Made by a program: the position numbers and the translations under genes. A stretch of DNA of 64,000 nucleotides from an uncultured virus (IMG/VR IMGVR_UViG_3300031240_000226) (taxonomy: Duplodnaviria > Heunggongvirae > Uroviricota > Caudoviricetes), in the IMG/VR virus record IMGVR_UViG_3300031240_000226, one strand, 5' to 3'. Shown piece after piece: positions 48,332 to 58,910 of this stretch. How positions within the stretch are numbered: the first letter of the stretch is position 1; every line of letters starts with the position of its first letter. The notes beneath the pieces were generated by a model, which was given only the letters and a program-made list of their open reading frames with translations, ran no database searches and was not told the DNA's origin.

Positions 48332-49018
48332 TTATGCTTCCATTTGGCCAACAAGATCAGAACCAAATCCTGACTCACTGCCGGTATTATCAGCTACATC
48401 GGAGAAAGCATAAGAAGGCATTCCATTCATTGTTTGACCTTGGCCTTGATTTTGTAATAATTTATTAGCCCTGGAATAATCTAATAATTTCCAGAAATTC
48501 TCGGTATTACCCTTCATCATATCGCGATTAGCGGCTACTTGATTTTGATACGGTTGATTGACATTGTAATTCCATGCCTTATCAGCCTCATCGATCATGC
48601 CACTATTAGCACCCATTAGAGTACCGCGCCCAGATGCTCGGAGATTAGCATCGGAAATAGATAATCCTTGTTTAGTCTGATTGCGATTATTGTTGATTGC
48701 TTTCAGGGTATTTAGAATAGTCCCGGCATTACTTGAATATTGTTGTGCCGTATTGATATCTTGTGATGCTGTTTGATCTGCCATTGAGTTACCTTCAGTA
48801 ATAGCTCTATTCTGCCCAAAAGCGGCCCCCATTCCAAGTGCTTTATTTTGAGATGCTTCGTCCTGAAGATTATAATTTGGGCGTTTGGGGGTTCCAAAAT
48901 ACCCCAAAATTCCTCCACCAATAGCGCCGATTGCGGTGCCTATTCCTGGTTCGATTTCCGTTCCAAGTAAAGCTCCGCTTTCTGCTCCACTTAATGCGCC
49001 TTGTGCTTGTGCATCCAT
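48332..49018 (-). CDS. Putative ejection protein (Gly/Ala-rich N-terminus)
   Basis: GA..GA..G...PGIGTAIGAIGGGILG motif typical of podovirus ejection proteins. Confidence 0.65.
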   Translation of the reverse strand: MDAQAQGALSGAESGALLGTEIEPGIGTAIGAIGGGILGYFGTPKRPNYNLQDEASQNKALGMGAAFGQNRAITEGNSMADQTASQDINTAQQYSSNAGTILNTLKAINNNRNQTKQGLSISDANLRASGRGTLMGANSGMIDEADKAWNYNVNQPYQNQVAANRDMMKGNTENFWKLLDYSRANKLLQNQGQGQTMNGMPSYAFSDVADNTGSESGFGSDLVGQMEA

Positions 49019-49033
49019 AATAATGCAAGTTAA

Positions 49034-52000
49034 TTATTTTTTCACCGTCTTTTCACTTCTATCGAAGGTAACCACTAACCAGTTAATAAACGAATACCAG
49101 GTAACAGAAGGATCAAGTTTCAACATCAATGTTAAAGCCCTAGATCGCATCGGATCGCCATTCACAATTGCCTGATCGGAGTTGGCGGCATTTATGGTAT
49201 TCAAGTCTCTCTTAATATCTGCCCAGAAAGTATTTTCCAGAGAAGTCAAATCAGTCAACAACAAAGCCGAATTCTGGGCTGAAATCGAATTGCTTCTAAA
49301 ATCTCCATTAATGGATGGCAAGGACCACTTATCTGTAGACTGCTCATTTAATGCTTTCCAAACTTTAGTCACTCTGAACTCAGGATTAGCCACTGGTTGC
49401 CACATGCAATCTTTCTTCACTCCATAGATTGACCCATAATCCGCACCGGCATAGTGAATGTGAACAACGGTACCAATGATTGAATATAATTCGTTCTCTA
49501 GTGCAGCGAATACATCTGGTGCATAATCATACACAGTATTCCATCGCTTACTGTCTTCATCAAAGGAAGCACATTTGTAACTTGAGTATCCTCTGAATGT
49601 TCCTGGTAATGATGATTGAGTGATGTATGTTACCCATTCCTCATAGTAAGCATCAAATGCCGATACTACAGTAGGTGCATTCCCTGCTGCGTATGTTGGC
49701 ATCAATATGTTAGCTAAATCTTTAAACCAGTTCTGCATTTTATAATTGCTGATCGGTGTAAGTCCATCAATGCTCCTTCTTATCCACATGCCACGTTTAG
49801 CATTCCAAAATAAAACTCTTGAGTTTCGCTTACTTACTGATTCAGGATTCAATGTGCCATAGCTTCCAAGCAGTGTATTATAGCTTCCGAGTACTTGATC
49901 ACTTAATGTCACTTGTGTATCACCACCGAGTTGTTGTAATGTAGCTCGATTGACATACACATCCATTGTTTCTTCCTCGCATATCACCATCAAAATCTGC
50001 CCCACATCCTTGACTTGTGTGTTTGATGTATTAACCATCGCACGAATCGCGCCGTATTCCGAAGGATAAATTTTTTGATTGTCATCTTGAAAATTGTTGA
50101 TTCCAATAAAAATACTATCCTCAAGGAATTTACCACCAAATCTAACTTGAGTGGTTTTTTCAAATTGTACTGGAAGATATTCATAGGCAACTAATGCTCG
50201 ACCGTTGTTATGTTCCCAAGTACCCGCCGAATTATATTTATCTTGAGTCATCTGGGGGAAAATAGGATAATCATTTATGTCTGCAAAAGGATTTCCTACC
50301 CCACTAATAAATGGCCCCAGATATCCTTGGCGCACTCCATTAAGAGATGCTTGATAATCAAACATGAAATTTTTAGTAACCAGCCACACATCTCCGTTGA
50401 GTACTGGCAAATTTGAATAGATGGAATAACCTAAAGGATGATAAGTGATAGCAACTCCTGCACGCCCGTTCCATGTCCAATCTGTTTTGCTGAAATTTCT
50501 AAATCTTCCTTGTGGAATAATTGGATACCATTCCCCCATTTCGTAATACAGAAATTGATCTTTTGCATCAAACTTTTTAGGACGATACACTTCTACAGTA
50601 AATAAACTTGGATTGACTGTAGCCGTAGAAACTTGTACACGAGTTCCTATATAATCAGAAGTATCTGGCTTGGCTACAATAAGAGCTGTACCGGTGAATT
50701 CAATAATCTCCTGATCAAATTGATCATAAGGACCACTAAAGTCTGCGGCTTGGGACATCCAAAATTTAACTCTATCGCCAGGTTGCCAGTTATAAATTGC
50801 ATTATTAGATGGCTTTGGAGGACCACCAGGGTTAGTGATAGTATCAAGGTACCAGTTACGGATATCAATATAAATAAGCGTTGCATCGGTAGCTAATGCA
50901 ACAACTTGATTTTTTCTAATCCCAGTTAAAATTCTTGAAATTAAAGAGTAAGTAGCACCAGAACCACTTTCGAAATTATCGTAATAACCACTTATGGCTG
51001 TTCTGATATTATCAGCTGTCGTCACAGTACTATCTGATCCAGCACCTAAATCAATTTGAAGAAATTTAAAATCATTGACAACGCCAGTAATAAAGAAGTC
51101 AATGTTAAGACAATTAGTTCTAACGATCTGGTAAGCAACGGCCCAATCTGGCGGGGTAACGTTTGATCCTATTTTAAATCCTAATCCATGGAACGATTCA
51201 ATTGCTGTCTGATTGGCTACCGAACTTGTGACAGGAATTTGATACATCCATTTATCCAAGGTTTGAACCAATCCCATTCTTCCGCTATAATGCTGAAAGA
51301 TTATTCCTAGTTTATAAATGCCACCTTCTTTAAAAGAAAATCTCTGTATAGGAAATGATGATTGTTGCAATGAATACAAAGGATCTCCAACCCCAGCTCC
51401 GGTAAACCAATTATCATTTGTTGGTTGTGTAGAATAGACTGCAATGTCCGTCACGTCGAAATTACTCAATGGAGGAAGATCATCAAAATTATTTCCCAAC
51501 ACAGGGCGGTTATCAATCGCTTCAACACATCGACTTAACAAAGGAACACTGTCAAAGTATTGCCCAATATCGTTAGCCGCCACGTTACCAATTGAACCCT
51601 GATTTGTGAATATGGTTGATGTCGGCTGACTGGCATTAGTTATTGGCACTCTCGCAAATAATTGCCATCCTTTATATTCTGATTCACGATATCCGAATTC
51701 TATGTAAGTAATTAAATTATAAAATTTAATATCTGTGTTGCTAAAGAATCCTGGATATGATGAGGCATTATTATAATCGAAAACAAATCCCGGGGCATTA
51801 ACCTGAATTTGAACATTAGCACTTAATGGATTTGGGGAATATTGATTTCCTCCATGTGCTCCCTGAAGCAATGCTAATTGATCATTGCTTACAAAGTTAC
51901 TTTGTGGTGACCATGTTGACCGAAATCCCCCAACAAAAATATATCGATAAGCAAATTGGAAGACACGTTTATTCAAAAAATTATCCTGTCCAACTATTGT

Positions 52001-52621
52001 CGCTCCACTCATCGTTAAAAATGGCGGCATCAATGGTGGCCATTTACTCAAGCTGATATGAAACTCAGAAAAATTGGCGCCTAATGTTACTTTCAATTGG
52101 CTGATGGTAGTTACATCCATGCAGCGAGGAGGATTGCCTGGATTACCAATTCCTTGATCATTATAGTCAGAAGGATTGCCATCAGTTATCAATAGATACT
52201 TATTAATCTTTGTCATCGAAGGATAGTTCGATGGTTCAAAGTTTAATCCGTCCCATTGTAATAGTTCGTAAATTTTTTGCCCGTATTTATCGTAATACAA
52301 TATCGAATGGTGACCAAAGGAATTAAACACACACCAATAAACTATGCCGGCTGATCTGTCTTCATATTTTGATAAAGCAGTGTTTACACCGGCTTGTGCG
52401 GACCCGCTAACCCATGCGGTGCCATTCCAAGTTAGATATGATGATATTAATAATGATGATGGCAGAATCTCTCCTGCGTTAGTTTGATTCTTAGCAGTAT
52501 TATTTACGCGAAGATTTAATGCGTATCTATACGCTCCTTTAGAAAATTCTTCTAATGGTGAATACTCAGATGTATCCTGATCCATTCCAAGTCCAGGGAA
52601 TAGCATTATTTCCTCAGACAT
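49034..52621 (-). CDS. Tail nozzle/muzzle (stabilisation) protein, crAss-like
   Basis: GMDQD...YRYALN, FQFAYRY....STWSP, GTLNPES, PISNYKM..WF, ENTFWA, NGDPMR. Confidence 0.72.
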   Translation of the reverse strand: MSEEIMLFPGLGMDQDTSEYSPLEEFSKGAYRYALNLRVNNTAKNQTNAGEILPSSLLISSYLTWNGTAWVSGSAQAGVNTALSKYEDRSAGIVYWCVFNSFGHHSILYYDKYGQKIYELLQWDGLNFEPSNYPSMTKINKYLLITDGNPSDYNDQGIGNPGNPPRCMDVTTISQLKVTLGANFSEFHISLSKWPPLMPPFLTMSGATIVGQDNFLNKRVFQFAYRYIFVGGFRSTWSPQSNFVSNDQLALLQGAHGGNQYSPNPLSANVQIQVNAPGFVFDYNNASSYPGFFSNTDIKFYNLITYIEFGYRESEYKGWQLFARVPITNASQPTSTIFTNQGSIGNVAANDIGQYFDSVPLLSRCVEAIDNRPVLGNNFDDLPPLSNFDVTDIAVYSTQPTNDNWFTGAGVGDPLYSLQQSSFPIQRFSFKEGGIYKLGIIFQHYSGRMGLVQTLDKWMYQIPVTSSVANQTAIESFHGLGFKIGSNVTPPDWAVAYQIVRTNCLNIDFFITGVVNDFKFLQIDLGAGSDSTVTTADNIRTAISGYYDNFESGSGATYSLISRILTGIRKNQVVALATDATLIYIDIRNWYLDTITNPGGPPKPSNNAIYNWQPGDRVKFWMSQAADFSGPYDQFDQEIIEFTGTALIVAKPDTSDYIGTRVQVSTATVNPSLFTVEVYRPKKFDAKDQFLYYEMGEWYPIIPQGRFRNFSKTDWTWNGRAGVAITYHPLGYSIYSNLPVLNGDVWLVTKNFMFDYQASLNGVRQGYLGPFISGVGNPFADINDYPIFPQMTQDKYNSAGTWEHNNGRALVAYEYLPVQFEKTTQVRFGGKFLEDSIFIGINNFQDDNQKIYPSEYGAIRAMVNTSNTQVKDVGQILMVICEEETMDVYVNRATLQQLGGDTQVTLSDQVLGSYNTLLGSYGTLNPESVSKRNSRVLFWNAKRGMWIRRSIDGLTPISNYKMQNWFKDLANILMPTYAAGNAPTVVSAFDAYYEEWVTYITQSSLPGTFRGYSSYKCASFDEDSKRWNTVYDYAPDVFAALENELYSIIGTVVHIHYAGADYGSIYGVKKDCMWQPVANPEFRVTKVWKALNEQSTDKWSLPSINGDFRSNSISAQNSALLLTDLTSLENTFWADIKRDLNTINAANSDQAIVNGDPMRSRALTLMLKLDPSVTWYSFINWLVVTFDRSEKTVKK

Positions 52622-52673
52622 TTGATTTGCGTTTAATCAGATGCCGATATAGATAATATTGCCCCATTAAAAA

Positions 52674-52964
52674 TTACTTAGACTTAATCCCTCCCGTATC
52701 TCCGATTGGATTTTTTTCTTCACCGCCGCCTTCTTGATCAAGCGGATCGGACGGATGATAGATTTCGTGATGATGGTAATCATCCTTGTGTTTATACGAA
52801 GTGCTTTGGATGTAGCCATTGCTGATCTTGCGAATCGTATGCGACACATCTTTTGCTCCTTCCGGAATTTTGAGACTGTTCGCTTTCTTTTGTGGCTGGC
52901 CAGAAGTTTCAGTTGTAAACTTCTTGTCTCTTGATGGTTTGTTTGTTCCTGGTGTAACTTTCAT
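52674..52964 (-). CDS. Hypothetical protein
   Basis: ORF in structural operon. Confidence 0.55.
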   Translation of the reverse strand: MKVTPGTNKPSRDKKFTTETSGQPQKKANSLKIPEGAKDVSHTIRKISNGYIQSTSYKHKDDYHHHEIYHPSDPLDQEGGGEEKNPIGDTGGIKSK

Positions 52965-52976
52965 ATTGAAAGGGGG

Positions 52977-53780
52977 TTAAATTTTATTTGTCAAGCGATA
53001 ATTTTTGCGATTTATAGTCATGAGATCAGTAGGCGTAATTGGATGCACTCTACCTCTTACGATCATTTCAGCATCCCACAATTCACGACCTGTACGTAGA
53101 ATCTCTGCCTCACTTTTGTCACCACGTTTGAATTTTGCATATTGGTGATGCACATATCGGCGCACATACTCGCTCAAAACAGGCCCAACGATTGTGTCCT
53201 CAGTGCATGTACTAATTCCAAGACCAATATATTCTACGTAAATGGTATTAGTGCAATCAGTAACTCCAGCATCAAGTAAAATTTCTTTACATGTTCCGCG
53301 TTGAACAATAGTATAATGTCCACGCTGGGGAAGACCTCCTCCAACTGCAAATATTGCCCGGCCACCATGATTTCCGAATTGATACATGTTGTATCCCTCA
53401 AAAGTTGTACCGTTGGGTAGCCAACCAGGAGGAGTTGCTGCGGATGGATTGAAGTTAGCTGTTGTACGATCTAACTTTAATAGGTCATCGGACTTACTTA
53501 ATTCTTTTGCGTACTGACCATGAATTAAAGCAACCTTTGTTACATCAACACAATCAGCCGGAAGGATAGCAGTGAGCACATCGGTAACAGGAAGAATAAC
53601 AGGCTTGACGCAATTGGCCGTATCCATCTTCAATTGTACGAGCCCCCACATTCCCCAATTCAAAAACTTTTGAAAATAGTGAGCAACGCTGAGATCCAAA
53701 TCCGTGCAAACTAAATCACAAATTCCAGCCATGGAGAAATACTGATCCTCTTTTGACATACGTTGATCTAGTGCATTCAT
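52977..53780 (-). CDS. Putative tail ring/adaptor protein
   Basis: LPADCVDVTKV, IYVEYI; size and position like crAss ring proteins. Confidence 0.6.
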   Translation of the reverse strand: MNALDQRMSKEDQYFSMAGICDLVCTDLDLSVAHYFQKFLNWGMWGLVQLKMDTANCVKPVILPVTDVLTAILPADCVDVTKVALIHGQYAKELSKSDDLLKLDRTTANFNPSAATPPGWLPNGTTFEGYNMYQFGNHGGRAIFAVGGGLPQRGHYTIVQRGTCKEILLDAGVTDCTNTIYVEYIGLGISTCTEDTIVGPVLSEYVRRYVHHQYAKFKRGDKSEAEILRTGRELWDAEMIVRGRVHPITPTDLMTINRKNYRLTNKI

Positions 53781-54445
53781 TTCGTTACTGTTTTAGAATC
53801 ATTCTGGTCCCTTACCAAATCAGCGCCTTGATCACGGCGACTACGGAAAAATAAAACACATTGATCGATAACTGTTTTTTCGTGTTCGGCAGGTATCGGG
53901 TAGGGCGCGTTATCCAAAATCTGTGATGAATCTCTAACGGCCAATCTCAAACCAATATTGCCATAAACTTTATTGATGTTACCTCGATCAAAATAAATGA
54001 CTCCGTTTTTAATGTAGCAAGAAATTCTTCCTTGCAATCCATTGGCCATTGATGATCTAAACGAACTTTGATCTTTAAAACTTGTGATAATAACAGGCGC
54101 GAAATATTTCTTTTTAACAGTCGTGAAATCATTTTGAAAGTAGATATCCTGGATACCTTGATTCTTTGGAAGTGTTACATAGCTGGTTACTGGCAATGAA
54201 AAATAACTTGGGCTACTGTTTGCGGGATCCGTTGGTGTGATCCATTCAAAAGTTGTTGTGAAGAGGTCGTCTATTCCACCGAACCCAAATTTCCAGTTCT
54301 CGAAGAAGCCTTGTTTCGCCAGAGCGTTGACGATATTATCCATGATAGGATAAACTTCTCTGACATCAAACTTTTCATCACGGTTACGATTTGCATCTTG
54401 AAGACTCAAAAGAATTTGTTCCGCATAAAAAAGTCTAGTCTTCAT
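53777..54445 (-). CDS. Putative tail ring/adaptor protein
   Basis: 222 aa, YPIPAE motif, coupled. Confidence 0.55.
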   Translation of the reverse strand: MKTRLFYAEQILLSLQDANRNRDEKFDVREVYPIMDNIVNALAKQGFFENWKFGFGGIDDLFTTTFEWITPTDPANSSPSYFSLPVTSYVTLPKNQGIQDIYFQNDFTTVKKKYFAPVIITSFKDQSSFRSSMANGLQGRISCYIKNGVIYFDRGNINKVYGNIGLRLAVRDSSQILDNAPYPIPAEHEKTVIDQCVLFFRSRRDQGADLVRDQNDSKTVTK

Positions 54446-55110
54446 TGTCCTTGAGCCTCCGCACTCATTGCAAATTGTGTTATTTGTTCAAGAGACAAAT
54501 TTAGGCCAAAATACTGTAGGATGCGGTGACAGATGCGTAAATGCAAAAGTGGACCCAACTGAAAATCTTGTGACCCCGACGCAGAATATATCGGTGCTTG
54601 ATTCGCGGTAGTATAATTCCATATCGGATCAGTGGGGATAGCCACAAAGGAAACTTTGATAGAAGCGATTGTAGCTGGTAGCACATTAATAGTAGTTCCG
54701 AGTACATAGTAAATTGCTTTCCCCACAATTGGAGGACGTACTACTGAACCATTTAAGATCACGGCTTCGTCGTATTCCACTGGACGAATAAGTGCTCCTG
54801 ATGAAGCCTCTGTCACTGTATCCAAATACAATGAAGTAGCGGGGTAAGTCCCAGAACCACCACTCAAGGCAATAGTTGATGGAGGTGCAACAAGCGGTCT
54901 TAAATCTTCTGAAATCTTCTGCGAACTTCTGAATCCATATTTAGGAAGCTCTAAAGTTGGTCGATATTCTTGCTCATTTCCGAGGAGTTGATTGATGACT
55001 GAAAGTTGTGCGATCGGGGCAAGATTGTTGAACTGTAGCGGAGACAAATTTCCGTTTTGCGTTTTATTTGTAACCGTTTGACAAAGAATGTAACATTGAT
55101 TTATGTCCAT
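54442..55110 (-). CDS. Putative tail ring/adaptor protein
   Basis: NKTQNGNLSPLQFN..A..AQ, P.DPIWNY, ILQYFGL; crAss ring-like. Confidence 0.65.
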   Translation of the reverse strand: MDINQCYILCQTVTNKTQNGNLSPLQFNNLAPIAQLSVINQLLGNEQEYRPTLELPKYGFRSSQKISEDLRPLVAPPSTIALSGGSGTYPATSLYLDTVTEASSGALIRPVEYDEAVILNGSVVRPPIVGKAIYYVLGTTINVLPATIASIKVSFVAIPTDPIWNYTTANQAPIYSASGSQDFQLGPLLHLRICHRILQYFGLNLSLEQITQFAMSAEAQGQ

Positions 55111-55286
55111 TGTATGTCTTTATTTTTATGATTTCTTCTTTTACTTGCTAATCCGATTTTTATTTTTGATTCAGTTTCAAAACTTGGATTTTTTGTCCGT
55201 GTTCGTTTCTTGCCAATTCCTATATAAAAAGGAATATTAAGATCAGTCCTGATGTGACGATATAAATAATATCTATTTTCCATCAA
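55101..55286 (-). pseudogene. Internally deleted GIY-YIG homing endonuclease remnant
   Basis: YYLYRHIR.D...PFYIG.G N-terminus joined directly to a NUMOD3-like ESK.KIG fragment; 61 aa. Confidence 0.6.
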
Positions 55287-55297
55287 TCAATCTTCAT

Positions 55298-55630
55298 TTA
55301 TCCTTTTTGAGTTTTCATTTCATCAATCACCTGGCCTTTGATTCCCACCTGAGTAAACCACTGAAGCCATGGTTTATTTTGGTCTACTCCATAGATTTCA
55401 ATCCAAGCGACAATCAATTCAAAATCGACAGCATCAATTTCAAATTCACTTGTCTTGTATAGAGATTCAGCCCATAATTTGAACTTCATGTTCTTGTCGG
55501 GGAACTGCCACATCGCAAGAGCCAAGCATTTTGCCATGTGATGCACGTCTATCAATTTACCGTCTTTGTCATTGACATCGAATTCTTTTCCAGAGAGTGT
55601 TTTGAATTGTTTGTCGAGATTGATTTTCAT
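55298..55630 (-). CDS. Hypothetical protein (possible fibre chaperone)
   Basis: 110 aa directly after fibre gene. Confidence 0.55.
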   Translation of the reverse strand: MKINLDKQFKTLSGKEFDVNDKDGKLIDVHHMAKCLALAMWQFPDKNMKFKLWAESLYKTSEFEIDAVDFELIVAWIEIYGVDQNKPWLQWFTQVGIKGQVIDEMKTQKG

Positions 55631-55646
55631 ATTTGTCGGGTTTAAT

Positions 55647-58600
55647 TTATGCTAAAATTCCAAAATTTCTTAATGCCTTTACAACTTGCCCGGCGGTATA
55701 TCCATCCCATGTTGCAGAATCATTCGCAATCAAAGAAGTATTTGCAACGAAAGATGAGGCTGCAATTGCTGTCGTTGGCTGTACAATTGGGGTTGCATTC
55801 CAGAAACTAATTTTTTGCGAAGTGGATGTTCCTATTTTAGTTCCTACAGTAGTGTCTAATTTAATGTTAGCACCAACTGTTGAAGAGAAAAGTAAATCAC
55901 CACCTGCAACTTCCAATGCATAATTAGTAGCGCCATTTGCAGAATTCAATCGAAGGGCTTTATTTATCGCACCAGTTCCTCCATGACCATTTTGAATATC
56001 AGCTGCAATTGTAGTTTGGCTAGAAGTTGAGTTAAGTCCTAGCATGTTTACGAACAATAATTTTTGGCTATTGCTTGCAGCTCCCGTATTTGTTGATGAT
56101 ATAGTGAATGCTGTTCCGCTTGTCAATGAGTTCCAATCCCATTCTTGCGCATTGGCTAAATTATCAATTGTATTACTACTTGTAGCGGCCCCTATGCCCG
56201 ATAATGTTGCTGAGATTACTATCCATCCAGTCCCATTATAATATTTCATTAAATGAGATGTAGTATTGTAAGCAATCTCACCTTCAACTGGCGCGGATGG
56301 ATCGGAAGTAAATCCTACAATCTGAATAGGGGAAGTAGTAGTTGTCTGATTGAATTGAACCTTGCCACCAAATCCGGCAGTAAAAGAATTTGTGATTGTA
56401 GCATTAACTCCAGCGGCAGGAGAACCATCCACATAAAAAGTGTACGCATTTGTTAACATGGAAGCTCCAACAAATGCATAAGTAGGGGCTTGGATTCTAA
56501 CGGCGCGTTGAGTTGTCAATGTTCCGGTAGACCATTGAACGATTCTGGATAAGTTAATATTTACATCATGTAATTCTGTAGAAGCGGTAATTGCAGTATG
56601 CGCTCCTCCATCAAGTTTTGCAAGCGGTGTCCATGCGCTAGATAATGGGGGCTGAAGCACATAAAGTCTAGCCGAATCCGTAGTTGTGCCGATCGAAACG
56701 TTACCGGTTGTCTGAACTCGTAATGACTCGCCAGCGCTACTTACTAATCCGAGAGTTCCATTTGGGGCAGACATTTTAAAAGTTGCTCCTGTTCCAACAA
56801 AATCTCCTCCGATTCCGAGAGCATATTTATTAGTGATAGTGGCGTTTGTTCCGGCAGTTGGAGCATCAATGAATACAGTGTACGCATTTGTGAATGTCTG
56901 AGCCGATGCTCCAGCAAGTGTTGCTCCTCTAAAATAAACTTGACGTTGAGTTGTCACCGTGCCTGATCCTGCCCACGTAACAATTCTATTTAAGTTAATA
57001 TCAAAGTCAATATTTTCAGCGGTATTTGTGATCGCGGTATGCGCACCAGGTGATATTTTAAATGCTGTAGTCCAGCTTGCTGATTCAGCTACTTGCACAA
57101 AAGCAATGCTTCCATCTTCTTGCATGAATAGCAAAGTTGATGGCGTTGAATTCTGAACTCTTATTAAGGAACCAGTCGTTGCTCCTGTAGAGCGAATAGC
57201 AAAAAATGCCGAAGCATTAGGATTACCGATGGCCATGTTACCATTAACACCCAATGCCCATTTTCTTGTAATAGATGCATTTGCCCCAGCGGTCGGAGCA
57301 TCAATATAAACCGTATATGCATCCGTGAACGTGGCTGTCGCTGATGCGCCTACTAAAGTAACTCCTCTGAAATAAGCCTGACGTTGAGTTGCTACGGTAC
57401 CCGCTGCCCAAGTCTCGCTTCTGTTGAAAGCAAAATCGACATCAATAAATTCCGTAGAAGCAGTTAAGGCAGTATGGCCCCCCGGTGTAACTACGAATGC
57501 ACTAACCCATGCAGAAGACATTGCATTTTGTGTGACCGCAACTTTATTAAGATTGAAAGTATTATTAAAAGCACCCGTTTGATTTGTGTTACCTGTAATT
57601 GTCGTTGCGCCAGAAACAGCCCATCCGACAGATGAAGCCGCTGCCCATGTAGGCACTCCTCCGGCAACGGTTAAAATATATCCATTTGTTCCAATAGCCA
57701 ATTTACTTAATGCAGTCGCTCCCGAAGCATAAAGTAAATCGCCTGTAGTATAGGAAGCAAAACTCGTTCCTCCATTGGCCGCTATCAAAGTGCCCGCAAA
57801 AGTAATCGTACCAGTAGTAGTGATAGGACCACCTGAAGTTGTTAATCCGGTTGTTCCCCCCGAAATGGCCACAGATGTAACTGTACCTGTACCTGCTGTT
57901 GTCTGCCACGAAGGAACACCAGCCGAAATTGTAAATACTTGTCCTTCGCTTCCTGCCGGAACTTCTCCTGGTAAATTTGATACATTCCCAACCCATACTG
58001 CATTTAAAGACAGCGCATTTCCTAATTTATTATTTAATTGAGTTTGAATGTTACTCGTAGCAGTATTCAAATAATTCAATTGCGCTGTAGTTGTCGTTAC
58101 AGTATGAAGAATGTTTATCTCCGACGCCGTTGCTGTGAGATCGGTAATTTTCGTCGCGGTTAATGTTGTCCATTGAGTATTATAATTCGTGCCATCAATT
58201 TTCGTGAGATATTGATTAGCAACACCACCCACAGGAAGAGTTCCTGCAGGAGCCGCAGAATTTACCCAAGTAGATCCATTGTAGGTTATAATATTACCGG
58301 ATACAGGCGAAGTGAGAGTTACTGTTAATTTTGTACCAAGTTGTGTCTGTAGTGCAGAAGTAACTCCGGATACATATCCTAACTCAGTTGCCGTAACTGC
58401 ACTCACCGCTACTTTACCCGAACCATCAGAAACAAGCGCTAAACTTGCAGTAAGATTTGAAGAAACAATAGTTGATGCCCCCCCAGTAATTGTTGCCTGC
58501 TTGCCATTAAGTTGCGTTTGAATTGCGGAAGAGACACCAGACAAATAACTTGCTTCCGTTGCTGTCGTTGGAGAAACTGTTAATGATCCGGCCCCATCAC

Positions 58601-58910
58601 TAATAACCAATCTATTCGCAGTAAGACTTATTAATGCTTGCTTTGCATTCAATTGCGTTTGAATAGAACTAGTAACACCTGAGACATAACTCAATTCAGT
58701 AGATGTCGTTGCTGAGGGTGTTAAAATTCCACTACCATCAAAAGCAGCAGCACGCAAAGCAGTCTGCGCTGTTAACCGAGCAACTGGAATGGATGAAAGA
58801 GAGGTTACATTTCCGTTAGCATCGGCCAATAGAAATGCATCGCTTCCTCCTGCGCCTGAGATGGCGTAGTCAAGAATAAGTCCGTTCGCTATGTGAAGTG
58901 GATGTGCCAT
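55647..58910 (-). CDS. Tail fibre protein
   Basis: T/S/A/G-rich; repeated TELSYVSGVTSSIQTQLN and three long HTA.T..TE...QR...AYT repeats. Confidence 0.75.
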   Translation of the reverse strand: MAHPLHIANGLILDYAISGAGGSDAFLLADANGNVTSLSSIPVARLTAQTALRAAAFDGSGILTPSATTSTELSYVSGVTSSIQTQLNAKQALISLTANRLVISDGAGSLTVSPTTATEASYLSGVSSAIQTQLNGKQATITGGASTIVSSNLTASLALVSDGSGKVAVSAVTATELGYVSGVTSALQTQLGTKLTVTLTSPVSGNIITYNGSTWVNSAAPAGTLPVGGVANQYLTKIDGTNYNTQWTTLTATKITDLTATASEINILHTVTTTTAQLNYLNTATSNIQTQLNNKLGNALSLNAVWVGNVSNLPGEVPAGSEGQVFTISAGVPSWQTTAGTGTVTSVAISGGTTGLTTSGGPITTTGTITFAGTLIAANGGTSFASYTTGDLLYASGATALSKLAIGTNGYILTVAGGVPTWAAASSVGWAVSGATTITGNTNQTGAFNNTFNLNKVAVTQNAMSSAWVSAFVVTPGGHTALTASTEFIDVDFAFNRSETWAAGTVATQRQAYFRGVTLVGASATATFTDAYTVYIDAPTAGANASITRKWALGVNGNMAIGNPNASAFFAIRSTGATTGSLIRVQNSTPSTLLFMQEDGSIAFVQVAESASWTTAFKISPGAHTAITNTAENIDFDINLNRIVTWAGSGTVTTQRQVYFRGATLAGASAQTFTNAYTVFIDAPTAGTNATITNKYALGIGGDFVGTGATFKMSAPNGTLGLVSSAGESLRVQTTGNVSIGTTTDSARLYVLQPPLSSAWTPLAKLDGGAHTAITASTELHDVNINLSRIVQWSTGTLTTQRAVRIQAPTYAFVGASMLTNAYTFYVDGSPAAGVNATITNSFTAGFGGKVQFNQTTTTSPIQIVGFTSDPSAPVEGEIAYNTTSHLMKYYNGTGWIVISATLSGIGAATSSNTIDNLANAQEWDWNSLTSGTAFTISSTNTGAASNSQKLLFVNMLGLNSTSSQTTIAADIQNGHGGTGAINKALRLNSANGATNYALEVAGGDLLFSSTVGANIKLDTTVGTKIGTSTSQKISFWNATPIVQPTTAIAASSFVANTSLIANDSATWDGYTAGQVVKALRNFGILA

